Part shown: positions 1 to 9,119 of the stretch, one piece after another | Numbering within the stretch: position 1 is the first letter of the stretch | How the letters are laid out: each line of letters starts with the position of its first letter | Source of the DNA: an uncultured Dermabacteraceae bacterium | Lineage (GTDB): Bacteria; Actinomycetota; Actinomycetes; Actinomycetales; Dermabacteraceae | Direction: 5' to 3' | NCBI GenBank assembly: GCA_946223075.1 | Contig: CAMILZ010000001.1 | Span: 177,086-241,085 of the forward strand | Length of the DNA: 64,000 nucleotides | Made by a program: the position numbers and the translations under genes | The notes under the pieces: generated by a model | The model's database searches: none | What the model was told of the DNA's origin: nothing | The model's input: the letters and a program-made list of their open reading frames with translations, nothing else

Positions 1-107
1 TGACATCATCGAGTGCGGACCCGAAAACGGGCGCAATGATCGCCGTTTTGTGCTCCGCACCTAGCGGAACGCTGCCGATCATCACGCCCGTTGTCATGGG
101 GTCTCCA
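1..107 (-). CDS. Partial ORF of unknown function (5' end only; continues beyond the window start)
   Basis: Minus-strand ATG at 105-107 preceded by a GGAGA Shine-Dalgarno about 6 nt upstream. Translation begins MTTGVMIGSVPLGAEHKTAIIAPVFGSALDDV... and runs out of the window. No family recognised. Confidence 0.3.
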
Positions 108-149
108 CCTACTTCTCTTGAGCCCCGCCGAGAAGGGGGCCCTCATGGC

Positions 150-1847
150 CTACAGGAAGTGCGCAGCTTCCTTGTCGAGGAACCACGTCGTCGATTCGGT
201 GCCGCGCACGGCTGAGGCCGGGCACTTTTCCGCATCGATCTTCGCGTGCGCAGTTTTCACTGCTTGAGCTTTATCGAAGCCCGCGACGAGGAACGACACG
301 TGGCGCGAGCTGTTGAGCACGGGCCACGAAAGTGAGATGCGCTCCGAGGGGGGCTTCGGGGAATTGCGCACGGGAACGGCGTAGGCCGAGGTCGCGCGCG
401 CATCGCGGTGCTCCGGGAACAGCGACGCCACGTGGCCATCAGGGCCAACACCGAGCAGAAGGACGTCGAAGTACGCTTCGCCCTGTGTCGTGAACGCCGC
501 GTCGCCACCCTGAATCGTGAGCTGCTGCCCGTACCACGCGGCAGCCTCGTCGAGGTTCATGCCGGCGTCCGAACCGGGAATCGTGTGCACGTTGTATACG
601 GGGATGCCCGCGCCCGTCGTGAGCGCCGAAATGACGGGACGATCATTACGGTCAGAAGACTTTGCCGCAACGAATCGCTCATCGCCCCACCACACGTGGA
701 GTTTCGACGTGTCCACCTCAGCGAATTCGAGAGAAATCGCGATGCGCTCGGCTGTCGCCGTACCCGCGCGCCCGCCCGTGAGCACGAGGTGCGCGATTCC
801 GCGCTCCTCGATCGCCTGGGAAATACGCGCGACGGCGTCCTTCGCCACAGCTTTCACAACGGCGTCCATGTCTGCGTTGAAAACATCGGTCGGTTCTGGT
901 TTGCCAATGGCGAAACTGCTCGGGTCGCCGGTGAGGGGGAACGCCGTCGAGAGCACATCACCATAGACTTCATCGGGATCAAGCCGGCGAAGTTCCTCGC
1001 TCAGGAGGTCGTACATCGTGCGTTTCGGCATCGTCACGAACTGGTCGTCATTATTACCGGGAAGGGTCATCGTGATGCCTTCCTCGCTTGAGCGCATGAG
1101 GCGAATGTCGCCGTCTTCGCGATGGAGCGTCACCGCGCTCAAGCCATGATCAGCCTCAACCGCTTTGAACTCTACCGGCACATCCTCGCCGAGCGAGTTC
1201 TGGAGCCACGCCTGCATAAGAAGCGAAGACGGGTTGTCTTCGATCCCCTCAATCGTGATGGCCGCGGGCGTGCCAGCGGGCGGGTAGTCGTACGCGGTAG
1301 CCACGAGTCCACGCCAGTTCGTAATGCGCGACCACGAGAGATCGGAATCGCCACTCTTATAGCCCCGTGCAAGACGCAAAAGCGAAGACTTCGGGCTCTC
1401 GCACTGGTAAACGTCGGTAATGCGTCGCTGTGCAATCGCGCCGAGCGGATCCTGCGAAGGCGACGCCGGGGGCGTGTACGGCCACCACGTGACGATGGGG
1501 GCATCGGGAAGCAAAAGCGGGGTGATGAGGGTGTCGAGGCCCGCGTTCACGCGTCCGTGGGCCCGCAAAATGATGACCTCACCCGCGCCTGCGTCGGTCC
1601 CCACGCGGATCTCCGCGTCAAGGGCATCGCGTTTCGAGCCGTGTTCGGTCACGATCACGATGATGCGTGCGGGGTGCTCCTGGCTCGCTCGCACGGCCGC
1701 CTGAATCGGATCATCGAGCGAACCGGTGTGCGTCACGATCACGAGGGTGGCTACGCGATTGAGAGAGATGAGTCCCTCCTCCTCGCGCAAGTCGCGAAGC
1801 TTCGCGCTGATCTGCGACGCGGTCGTGTTTTCAAGTGTGGAAATCAT
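150..1847 (-). CDS. opcA-pgl: Apparent in-frame fusion of OpcA (glucose-6-phosphate dehydrogenase assembly protein) and 6-phosphogluconolactonase (Pgl/DevB)
   Basis: One uninterrupted ORF (150..1979 in the track). The N-terminal ~345 aa starting MISTLENTTASQISAKLRDLREEEGLISLNRVATLVIV matches OpcA (cf. M. tuberculosis Rv1446c MIVDLPDTTTTAVNKKLVELREENG). The C-terminal ~210 aa carry Pgl motifs (IAHLVLTGGRAGTA, HVWWGDERFV, LLLGVGPDGHVASLFP). The likely start is the ATG at 1845-1847, overlapping the zwf stop in an ATGA junction. The upstream extension from MADPRP is probably not translated. Confidence 0.85.
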   Translation of the reverse strand: MISTLENTTASQISAKLRDLREEEGLISLNRVATLVIVTHTGSLDDPIQAAVRASQEHPARIIVIVTEHGSKRDALDAEIRVGTDAGAGEVIILRAHGRVNAGLDTLITPLLLPDAPIVTWWPYTPPASPSQDPLGAIAQRRITDVYQCESPKSSLLRLARGYKSGDSDLSWSRITNWRGLVATAYDYPPAGTPAAITIEGIEDNPSSLLMQAWLQNSLGEDVPVEFKAVEADHGLSAVTLHREDGDIRLMRSSEEGITMTLPGNNDDQFVTMPKRTMYDLLSEELRRLDPDEVYGDVLSTAFPLTGDPSSFAIGKPEPTDVFNADMDAVVKAVAKDAVARISQAIEERGIAHLVLTGGRAGTATAERIAISLEFAEVDTSKLHVWWGDERFVAAKSSDRNDRPVISALTTGAGIPVYNVHTIPGSDAGMNLDEAAAWYGQQLTIQGGDAAFTTQGEAYFDVLLLGVGPDGHVASLFPEHRDARATSAYAVPVRNSPKPPSERISLSWPVLNSSRHVSFLVAGFDKAQAVKTAHAKIDAEKCPASAVRGTESTTWFLDKEAAHFL

Positions 1848-3418
1848 GGACGCCTCCAGGTGCGGCCGTCGCGGGCCATCATGTCGTGTGCGGTCTGCGG
1901 GCCCCACGTGCCGGAACGGTACGGGGCGGGCGGCATGTGCTCGTCCCAGAACTCGAGGATCGGGTCGAGGATCTGCCATGAGAGCTCGACTTCTTTTTGT
2001 CGCGGGAACAGCGGGGGAGCGCCGCGCAGAACATCAAGAATGAGTCGTTCATACGCCTCGGGAGATTCCTCGGTGAAGGTCGAGCCATACGCGAAGTCCA
2101 TGTTGACATCGCGCACTTCCATTTGCGTGCCCGGCACCTTCGAACCAAAACGCATTGTCACGCCCTCGTCTGGCTGAACGCGGATGACAACCGCGTTCTG
2201 GCCGAGATCCACCGTATCGGTGTCACGGAATGGCAAGAACGGAACCTGCTTATAGACGATCGCGATCTCGGTGACGCGGCGGCCGAGCCGCTTACCCGCA
2301 CGAAGGTAGAACGGCACGCCCGCCCAGCGACGCGTGTTCACCATGAGTTTGATCGCGGCGAAAGTTTCGGTCGTCGAATCGGGCGAGATTCCGTCCTCTT
2401 CGAGGTAGCCATTGACCTGTTCGCCGCCTTGCCAACCACCCACGTACTGACCGCGCGCCGTGCCTTCGGCGAGGTCCTCGGGCAGTTCGATCGCGGAGAG
2501 CACCTTCTCTTTTTCATTACGAAGCTCGGCGGCATCAAACGTGATGGGCTCTTCCATCGCCGTGAGGGCAAGCAGCTGAAGCAAGTGATTCTGGATGACG
2601 TCGCGCGCGGTGCCGATGCCGTCGTAGTACCCGGCGCGAGTGCCGATGCCGATGTCTTCGGCCATCGTGATCTGCACGTGGTCGACGTAGCGCGAGTTCC
2701 ACACGGGCTCGAACATCTGGTTCGCGAACCGGAAGGCCAGGAGATTCTGGACCGTTTCTTTGCCGAGATAGTGGTCGATGCGGAAGATTTCTTCGGGCTT
2801 GAAGACCTTCTCGACGATGTCGTTGAGTTCGCGTGCGCTTTCAAGATCGTGCCCGAACGGCTTTTCGATGACGACGCGTCGCCAGGAGTTTTCCGAGGGT
2901 GTATTGAGCCCCGATTGTGCGAGCTGCTCGGCAACCTGGGGGAAGGCGCTCGGGGGAATGGAGAGATAGAAGGCGTGGTTGCCGCCCGTTCCCCGAGACT
3001 CGTCGAGTTCGCTTACCACTCGCGTGAGTTCCTCGAAAGCCTCCGTGTCATCGAAGGCACCGGTGACGAAACGGAGCCCGCCCCTGAGCTGCTCGAAGGC
3101 GTGTTCGTTAAACGGGGTGCGCGCGTACTTTTCTACGCTTTCGCGCATGTACTTCGCGAAGTCATCGTGACTCCATTCGCGCCGACCGAAGCCCACGAGG
3201 CCGAAGGCCGGGGGGAGAAGGCCGCGGTTGTGGAGGTCATAGATGGCGGGGAGGAGCTTCTTGCGCGCGAGGTCGCCAGTCACGCCGAACATCACGACCG
3301 AGCACGGTCCAGCGATGAGGGGGAGGCGACGGTCACGCGAATCGCGCAAGGGGTTGCCAGGTGCAGCTTCGTTCTGCCTCACAGTGGTCCTTTGTGTAGG
3401 GATAGGTGTGTGTCGCAC
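1844..3418 (-). CDS. zwf: Glucose-6-phosphate 1-dehydrogenase
   Basis: Translation contains NPLRDSRDRRLPLIAGPCSVVMFGVTGDLARKKLLPAIYDL, the G6PD NADP-binding N-terminus, and is about 510 aa. It sits between tal and opcA as in the actinobacterial PPP operon. The exact start is uncertain (first ATG at 3418 or an internal GTG). Confidence 0.9.
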   Translation of the reverse strand: MRHTPIPTQRTTVRQNEAAPGNPLRDSRDRRLPLIAGPCSVVMFGVTGDLARKKLLPAIYDLHNRGLLPPAFGLVGFGRREWSHDDFAKYMRESVEKYARTPFNEHAFEQLRGGLRFVTGAFDDTEAFEELTRVVSELDESRGTGGNHAFYLSIPPSAFPQVAEQLAQSGLNTPSENSWRRVVIEKPFGHDLESARELNDIVEKVFKPEEIFRIDHYLGKETVQNLLAFRFANQMFEPVWNSRYVDHVQITMAEDIGIGTRAGYYDGIGTARDVIQNHLLQLLALTAMEEPITFDAAELRNEKEKVLSAIELPEDLAEGTARGQYVGGWQGGEQVNGYLEEDGISPDSTTETFAAIKLMVNTRRWAGVPFYLRAGKRLGRRVTEIAIVYKQVPFLPFRDTDTVDLGQNAVVIRVQPDEGVTMRFGSKVPGTQMEVRDVNMDFAYGSTFTEESPEAYERLILDVLRGAPPLFPRQKEVELSWQILDPILEFWDEHMPPAPYRSGTWGPQTAHDMMARDGRTWRRP

Positions 3419-3468
3419 CCGTGCCCGCGCTCCCTCCTTGCGGGAGCGCGGGCACGAGGCTTCGATGT

Positions 3469-4572
3469 TTATTTTGCGGACGCGGCGGCGTCGCGGACGG
3501 CCGAGAGGAGTTCCTCCCAGGCGGTCTCGAACTTTTCGACACCTTCGCGTTCGAGAACGGCGAAAACATCGTCTAGATCGATGCCGGCGGCACTGATCTT
3601 CTCGAGTGCGTCACGCGTTTCGGCAAAGCCACTTTCGGTGAGGGGTCCTTCGACACGTGCATGGTCGGCGACAGCCTCGAGTGTCTTGCCCGGGACCGTG
3701 TTCACGACGGGGTCAGCCACGAGACGGTCGACATACATCGTGTCGGGGTAGGCCTCGTTCTTGACGCCCGTGGACGCCCACAGCGCACGCTGAGGGTTCG
3801 CCCCCTTCGCCTTGAGCGCGGCGAAGCGCTCGGAACCAACGTAATCGAGGTATTCGGCGAAGGCAGCCTGCGCGTTGGCGAGACCAGCCTTGCCGCGAAG
3901 CTCGAGGGCCTCGCCGCCGATGGCCTCGAGTCGCTTATCGACTTCGCTGTCCACGCGGGACACGAAGAATGAGGCAACCGAGTGGATGCGCGAGAGGTCT
4001 ACGCCGTTCTCTGCGGCCTTCTCAAGGCCCGCGAGGTAGGCGTCGATCACCTGGCGGTAGCGCTTGAGCGAGAAGATCAGCGTGACGTTGACGCTGATGC
4101 CCTCGGCGATCGTGCGCGTAATGGCCGGGAGACCTTCGTCGGTCGCGGGAATCTTGATCATGACGTTCTCGCGGTCCACGAGGGAGTGAAGCGTCTTAGC
4201 CTGGTCGACGGTCTTCTCTTCCTCGTGAGCGAGTCGGGGGTCGACCTCGATGGACACGCGCCCGTCGAAGCCATTTGACTTGTCATAAATCGGCTTGAAC
4301 ACGTCGCACGCACTGCGCACATCCGCGGTCGTGAGCTCGGTGATGATGTCGTCAACGTCGAGGCCGCGCGAGGCGGCGTCGGCGATGGCGTCGTCGTAGT
4401 CCGATTTTCCGGCGATGGCCGCCTTAAAAATTGCGGGGTTGGTGGTCACGCCTACAATGTTGCGCTCGCTCATGAGCTTTTCGAGGTCTCCGCTCTCGAT
4501 GAGGGAGCGGGAGAGATCGTCGAGCCACAGTGAGACGCCGAGGTCGCTCAGCTTCTGGGTCAATTCGGTCAT
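3469..4572 (-). CDS. tal: Transaldolase
   Basis: MTELTQKLSDLGVSLWLDDLSRSLIESGDL... (367 aa from this Met) is an actinobacterial-type long transaldolase. The ORF track extends it upstream to 4764, but the upstream stretch (MARLAARFRSS...) is Arg/Ser-rich and is likely 5' leader. Position between tkt and zwf. Confidence 0.9.
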   Translation of the reverse strand: MTELTQKLSDLGVSLWLDDLSRSLIESGDLEKLMSERNIVGVTTNPAIFKAAIAGKSDYDDAIADAASRGLDVDDIITELTTADVRSACDVFKPIYDKSNGFDGRVSIEVDPRLAHEEEKTVDQAKTLHSLVDRENVMIKIPATDEGLPAITRTIAEGISVNVTLIFSLKRYRQVIDAYLAGLEKAAENGVDLSRIHSVASFFVSRVDSEVDKRLEAIGGEALELRGKAGLANAQAAFAEYLDYVGSERFAALKAKGANPQRALWASTGVKNEAYPDTMYVDRLVADPVVNTVPGKTLEAVADHARVEGPLTESGFAETRDALEKISAAGIDLDDVFAVLEREGVEKFETAWEELLSAVRDAAASAK

Positions 4573-4624
4573 GGCAAAACCTTTCGCTATGAGGTTGCTT
4601 GCGCGATATTCCGATGGACTGCTT

Positions 4625-6724
4625 TTACTTGCGAGCTGCGGCGAGGGATTCCTTCGCCTTCGCCGCAACGTTTTCGGCGGTGAAGCCGTACTTCTCGAAC
4701 AGGAGCGCACCCGAGGCGGACTCGCCGTAGTGCTCGAGCGAAACCGCGCGGCCAGCCTCGCCAAGGAAGCGGTACCAGGGCATCGCGATACCCGCCTCGA
4801 CGCTCACGCGCGCCTTGACCGAGCTCGGAAGAACCGATTCGCGGTACTCCTCACTTTGCTCGTCGAACCACTCCACGCACGGCATCGACACGAGTCGCGT
4901 GGGGATGCCCTCTTCCTCGAGAAGTTTCTGTGCGCCTGCAGCATGCTGTACCTCGGAGCCGGTGGCGATGAGGATGACCTCGGGCTCACCGTTCGAGGCG
5001 TCCTTCATGACGTAGGCGCCCTTGTCGAGGTTCTCCGCGGCTGCGTACTCGTCGCGATCGAACGTGGGAACTCCCTGACGCGTAAGGATGAGGCCCGCTG
5101 GACCCTCGTCGCGCTTGAGGATGGCCTTCCATGCCTGAGCCGTCTCGTTCGCGTCAGCCGGACGCACAACCGAGAGGTTCGGGATCGCGCGGTAGGCCGC
5201 GAGGTGCTCGACCGGCTGGTGGGTCGGGCCGTCTTCGCCGAGGCCGATCGAGTCGTGGGTCCACACGTAGGTTGTCGGGGTCTTGCACAGCGAAGCGAGG
5301 CGCACCGAGCCGCGCATGTAGTCGGCAAACTGGAAGAACGTGCCGCCGTAGGGGCGTGTAAGACCGAAGAGCGAAATACCGCTCAAAATCGCGCCCATGG
5401 CGTGCTCGCGGATGCCGAAGTGAAGCGTGCGGCCGTACGGGTTACCCGAGAAATCCTTGGTTTGGTTGGCTTCGGGGATGAACGACGGCTCGCCCTTCAT
5501 GGTCGTATTGTTCGAGCCAGCGAGGTCAGCGGAACCGCCCCACAGCTCGGGCATGACCGAGGCGAGGGCACCGAGAACTTTGCCCGAAGCGGCACGAGTG
5601 GCGATGCCCTTGGCGTCCGCCTCGAACACCGGGAGCGCCGCGTCGAGGTCTTCGGGAAGTTCGCGAGCGTTCAAGCGGTCGTACAGCGCCGCGGCGTCGG
5701 GGTTTGCGGCACGCCATTCGTCGAGTTTCGCATCCCACTCGCGGTGCTTCTCGGCACCGCGTTCGATGAGCTTGCGCGCATGAGCGAGGGCGTCCTCGTC
5801 AATTTCGAAGGTCTTCTCGGTATCGAAGCCGAGGATGTCCTTGAGGCCCGAGACCGGCTGATCGCCGAGTGCCGAACCGTGAGCGGCGTGGTCGCCCGAC
5901 TTGCCCGGGGTTGGCCATGCGATCACGGTGCGAAGCTGAATGAAGGTCGGCTTGTCGGTGACCTGCTGGCCCGCGACGATCGCGTCCTTGAGTTCCTTGA
6001 GGTTCTCCACGTAGTCGTTGCCACCGTTCGTCCAGTCAACGGTGCGCACGTCCCAGCCGAGCGCCTGATAGCGCGCGGCCGTGTCCTCGGTGAACGCGAT
6101 GTTCGTGTCGCCCTCGATCGAAATCTCGTTGTCGTCCCAGATGACGATGAGGTTGCCGAGCTGTTGGGTGCCCGCGATCGAGCTGGCTTCGTTGCTCACG
6201 CCTTCCTGCAGGTCGCCGTCGGAAGCGAGAACGTAGGTGAACGTGTCAAACGGGCTTTCGCCAGCCGGGGCGGTCGGGTCGAGGAGGCCGCGCACGCGGC
6301 GCTGCGCCATCGCGAAGCCCACGGACGACGCAATGCCCTGGCCGAGCGGACCCGTGGTCATCTCAACGCCCGAGGTGTGGAAGTTTTCGGGGTGACCCGG
6401 GGTCTTGGAACCCTCGGTGCGAAGGGCCTGAAGGTCCTCGAGCTCAAGGCCGAAACCGCCAAGGAAGAGCTGCAGGTACTGCGTGAGGCTCGTGTGCCCG
6501 CACGAAAGGATGAATCGGTCGCGACCGAACCACTCCGGGTCCTTCGGATCGTGGTTCATGATGTCCTGGTACAGGAGGTACGCGGCGGGGGAGAGACTCA
6601 CGGCAGTGCCCGGGTGCCCGTTGCCGACCTTCTGCACGGCATCGGCGGCGAGGATGCGCGCGTTGTCGATAGCGCGCTTGTCGAGATCGCTCCAGCCCTC
6701 GGGGGCTACGAAATTGCTACTCAC
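4625..6724 (-). CDS. tkt: Transketolase
   Basis: 699 aa. N-terminus has ...RAIDNARILAADAVQKVGNGHPGTAVSLSPAAYLLYQ, the ThDP-binding motif. First gene of the tkt-tal-zwf-opcA-pgl cluster. Confidence 0.93.
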   Translation of the reverse strand: MSSNFVAPEGWSDLDKRAIDNARILAADAVQKVGNGHPGTAVSLSPAAYLLYQDIMNHDPKDPEWFGRDRFILSCGHTSLTQYLQLFLGGFGLELEDLQALRTEGSKTPGHPENFHTSGVEMTTGPLGQGIASSVGFAMAQRRVRGLLDPTAPAGESPFDTFTYVLASDGDLQEGVSNEASSIAGTQQLGNLIVIWDDNEISIEGDTNIAFTEDTAARYQALGWDVRTVDWTNGGNDYVENLKELKDAIVAGQQVTDKPTFIQLRTVIAWPTPGKSGDHAAHGSALGDQPVSGLKDILGFDTEKTFEIDEDALAHARKLIERGAEKHREWDAKLDEWRAANPDAAALYDRLNARELPEDLDAALPVFEADAKGIATRAASGKVLGALASVMPELWGGSADLAGSNNTTMKGEPSFIPEANQTKDFSGNPYGRTLHFGIREHAMGAILSGISLFGLTRPYGGTFFQFADYMRGSVRLASLCKTPTTYVWTHDSIGLGEDGPTHQPVEHLAAYRAIPNLSVVRPADANETAQAWKAILKRDEGPAGLILTRQGVPTFDRDEYAAAENLDKGAYVMKDASNGEPEVILIATGSEVQHAAGAQKLLEEEGIPTRLVSMPCVEWFDEQSEEYRESVLPSSVKARVSVEAGIAMPWYRFLGEAGRAVSLEHYGESASGALLFEKYGFTAENVAAKAKESLAAARK

Positions 6725-7036
6725 GAAAGTTCTTTCCCTTCCATCGGTTGATCCTTCTCGAGCGCCGATGGCGAATCACCATTTCGGCGCGAGGGGCCAA
6801 AATCGGGTCGATAGTATCGCGCGAATTTGGGCGAAAGGTGACTGCTGTCTCAGGAAACGCAGGAAGGTTCGCGGATCCGGGGTGCGCCGACGGGGCGGGC
6901 GCCGGGATCTTTGGAGGTCACGGTTCCGACGCTTGCCCGGGAGACGTCGGAACCGAGTTTCTAGTGGCGTGACTTACCCGCAAGTTCCTGGCCCCGGACG
7001 CGTCGTCCCGGTTATTGTGGAGGGACGTTAGGCCCT

Positions 7037-8047
7037 TTGCCATTTTCCCGGCCTCCACAGTCTTCTCCACGCAATCGAGGAACGCGAGTGAATCAACGCC
7101 CCGGCACGACAACCCTTTCCCACGAAGCAACGGCGCAGCGTGGGAAGTCGCAGGAGCCTTCGCTTCGCCGAACCGTCCTCGCGTACGTTGCGCTGACGAA
7201 GCCCCGCATTATCGAGCTTCTGCTCATCACGACCATCCCCACGATGTTCCTCGCGGCAGGTGGCTTCCCCTCGTGGCTGCTCATCCTGAACACGATGGTG
7301 GGCGGATACCTCGCTGCCGGCGGCGCAAACGTGCTCAACATGTACCTCGATCGCGATATCGACGCGAAGATGAAGCGCACGAAGAATCGCCCGCTCGTCA
7401 CGGGAGAGGTATCCTCGCAGGCGGCGCTCACGTTCGGTCTCGTGTTGAGTGCCCTTTCGGTGGCGTATCTTTGGGCCTTCGTGAACCTCCCCTCGGCCCT
7501 CCTCGCACTCGGCGCGATTCTTCTGTACGTCGTGTTCTACACGATGATCCTCAAGCGTCGCACGAGCCAGAACATCGTGTGGGGTGGCATCGCCGGGTGC
7601 ATGCCCGTGCTCATTGGTTGGTCCGCCGTCACGGGCGGTGTGTCGTGGACAGCCTTCTTCCTCTTCCTCGTGATCTTCTTCTGGACGCCCCCGCATTACT
7701 GGCCGCTCGCAGAGCGGTTCACGCAGGACTACGCGCGTGCCGAAGTTCCGATGCTCCCCGTCGTCAGCTCGCGAAAAAACGTGGCGAACCAGATGGTGTT
7801 CCACACGATTCTCATGCTTACGAGCTCGTTCGCGATCATTCCTCTCGCGCCCACGGGAATCGTCTATACCGTGAGTTCGATCGTGTTCGGTGGCTGGTTC
7901 CTCTTCCTGGTCGTGCGCTACGCGGTTCGTGTGCGCCGGGGTTTGGAAGGGAAGCAGCTCAACCCCATGGGGGTATTCCACGCGTCGATCACCTATCTCA
8001 CGCTCGTGTTCGTCGCGCTTGCGATCGATCCCTTCGTGGCGCTCTAG
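7037..8047 (+). CDS. ctaB: Protoheme IX farnesyltransferase (heme O synthase)
   Basis: Polytopic UbiA-family membrane protein. Contains LAYVALTKPRIIELLLITTIP... and GGANVLNMYLDRDIDAKMKRTKNRPL (prenyltransferase Asp-rich motif). Divergent from tkt, as Rv1451 is in mycobacteria. Start could be the ATG at 7037 or a downstream GTG. Confidence 0.88.
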   Translation: MPFSRPPQSSPRNRGTRVNQRPGTTTLSHEATAQRGKSQEPSLRRTVLAYVALTKPRIIELLLITTIPTMFLAAGGFPSWLLILNTMVGGYLAAGGANVLNMYLDRDIDAKMKRTKNRPLVTGEVSSQAALTFGLVLSALSVAYLWAFVNLPSALLALGAILLYVVFYTMILKRRTSQNIVWGGIAGCMPVLIGWSAVTGGVSWTAFFLFLVIFFWTPPHYWPLAERFTQDYARAEVPMLPVVSSRKNVANQMVFHTILMLTSSFAIIPLAPTGIVYTVSSIVFGGWFLFLVVRYAVRVRRGLEGKQLNPMGVFHASITYLTLVFVALAIDPFVAL

Positions 8048-8056
8048 CGAGAACGC

Positions 8057-9004
8057 ATGCACCGGCGCGCCGCAAGCGCTTCGCAACTCGTCGCTACCTT
8101 CCTCACTCACATTCGCGTCGAGCGTGGGCTGAGCCCGAATACGGTGGCTGCCTATCGCCGAGATCTCGATCGGTACCTGGCGTATCTCGACGCTCAAGAG
8201 ATCGATGTGCGGGACGTTGAGACCCCCATGATTTCGGGATACATCGGTGCCTTGCGCGAAGGCAGCGCGGGGACGGCACCCTTAGCCGCGTCCTCCGCCG
8301 CGAGAGCCCTCGCGTCAATCCGCGCCTTTCACCGGTTCCTCGATGAAGAGGGAGAAGTGCACGATGGCGATCCGTCAGCACTCGTGCGGGAGGCCTCCCG
8401 CACCTTGCGCTTGCCGGATGCTCTCAGCATCGCGGAGGTTTCCGCGCTTATCGAGGCGGCGTCGGGACCGTTCACCGGTGCCCTCGCAACCGAGCGTGCC
8501 CTTCGCAATCGTGCCCTCGTGGAACTGCTCTACGGGACCGGATGCCGCATAAGCGAGGCCCTCGCGCTTGACGTCGACGACACCGTGCAGAGCGAGGCGA
8601 TCGTGCTCGTGCGAGGCAAGGGAAATAAGGAGCGGCTCGTGCCGCTTGGGCGCTACGCGCTTGACGCGCTTGACGCGTATGTGACGCGCGCGCGTCCCGC
8701 GTTCCTCGAGAAGGGAAGCGGGAGCCCCGCGATCTTCTTGGGCAATCGGGGTACGAGACTCACGCGCCAGGCCGCCTTCGCCATCGTGAAGACTGCTGCG
8801 AGCGACGCGGGCATCACCTCGCACGTGAGCCCCCACACCCTGCGCCACAGCTACGCGACCCATCTGCTCGAGGGCGGGGCCGACGTTCGTACGGTCCAAG
8901 AGCTACTTGGCCACGCGTCGATTACGACGACCCAGCGCTACACGCATCTCGGCGCGCAGTCCCTTCGTGAGATCCACGCGAGCTCGCACCCGCGAGCGCT
9001 GTGA
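8057..9004 (+). CDS. xerD: Tyrosine site-specific recombinase XerD
   Basis: 315 aa. N-terminal core-binding region ERGLSPNTVAAYRRDLDRYLAYL and a C-terminal catalytic domain with R...HTLRHSYATHLLEGGADVRTVQELLGHASITTTQRYTHL (R-H-R-Y tetrad). Position upstream of parA matches the xerD-parA-scpAB region of Actinobacteria. Confidence 0.88.
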   Translation: MHRRAASASQLVATFLTHIRVERGLSPNTVAAYRRDLDRYLAYLDAQEIDVRDVETPMISGYIGALREGSAGTAPLAASSAARALASIRAFHRFLDEEGEVHDGDPSALVREASRTLRLPDALSIAEVSALIEAASGPFTGALATERALRNRALVELLYGTGCRISEALALDVDDTVQSEAIVLVRGKGNKERLVPLGRYALDALDAYVTRARPAFLEKGSGSPAIFLGNRGTRLTRQAAFAIVKTAASDAGITSHVSPHTLRHSYATHLLEGGADVRTVQELLGHASITTTQRYTHLGAQSLREIHASSHPRAL

Positions 9005-9119
9005 CGCCGTGCGCGTGGCGGGCGTGTTCAGGGCTGCCGGTTAGGATATTCCCCGTGGGTCGCGCGCACTGATCGCGCGCGAAAACCCGTGAACATCAAC
9101 GACGTAGGGACAGGTACAC

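Noticed and set aside
14-60. GC-rich hairpin GAGTGCGGACCCGAAAACGG...CCGTTTTGTGCTCCGCAC as a terminator for opcA-pgl
   Set aside because: It lies inside the partial minus-strand ORF that starts at 107 with a good RBS, so it is more likely coding sequence than an intergenic terminator.
4415-6751. 778-aa + strand ORF antisense to transketolase; also long antisense ORFs at 1997..3751, 7028..8197, 12643..13845, 20621..21679, 25738..28278, 49310..51082 and 62005..63540
   Set aside because: Open antisense frames are typical of high-GC DNA, where stop codons are rare. Their translations are Arg/Gly/Ala-rich and low in complexity, with no recognisable motifs. The opposite strand in each case encodes a clearly recognisable conserved protein.
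9005-9119. GC palindrome TCGCGCGC-ACTGA-TCGCGCGCGA between xerD and parA as a dif-like or regulatory site
   Set aside because: It does not resemble the 28-nt dif consensus, and dif is not normally adjacent to xerD. It is a low-complexity CG repeat, so significance is doubtful.
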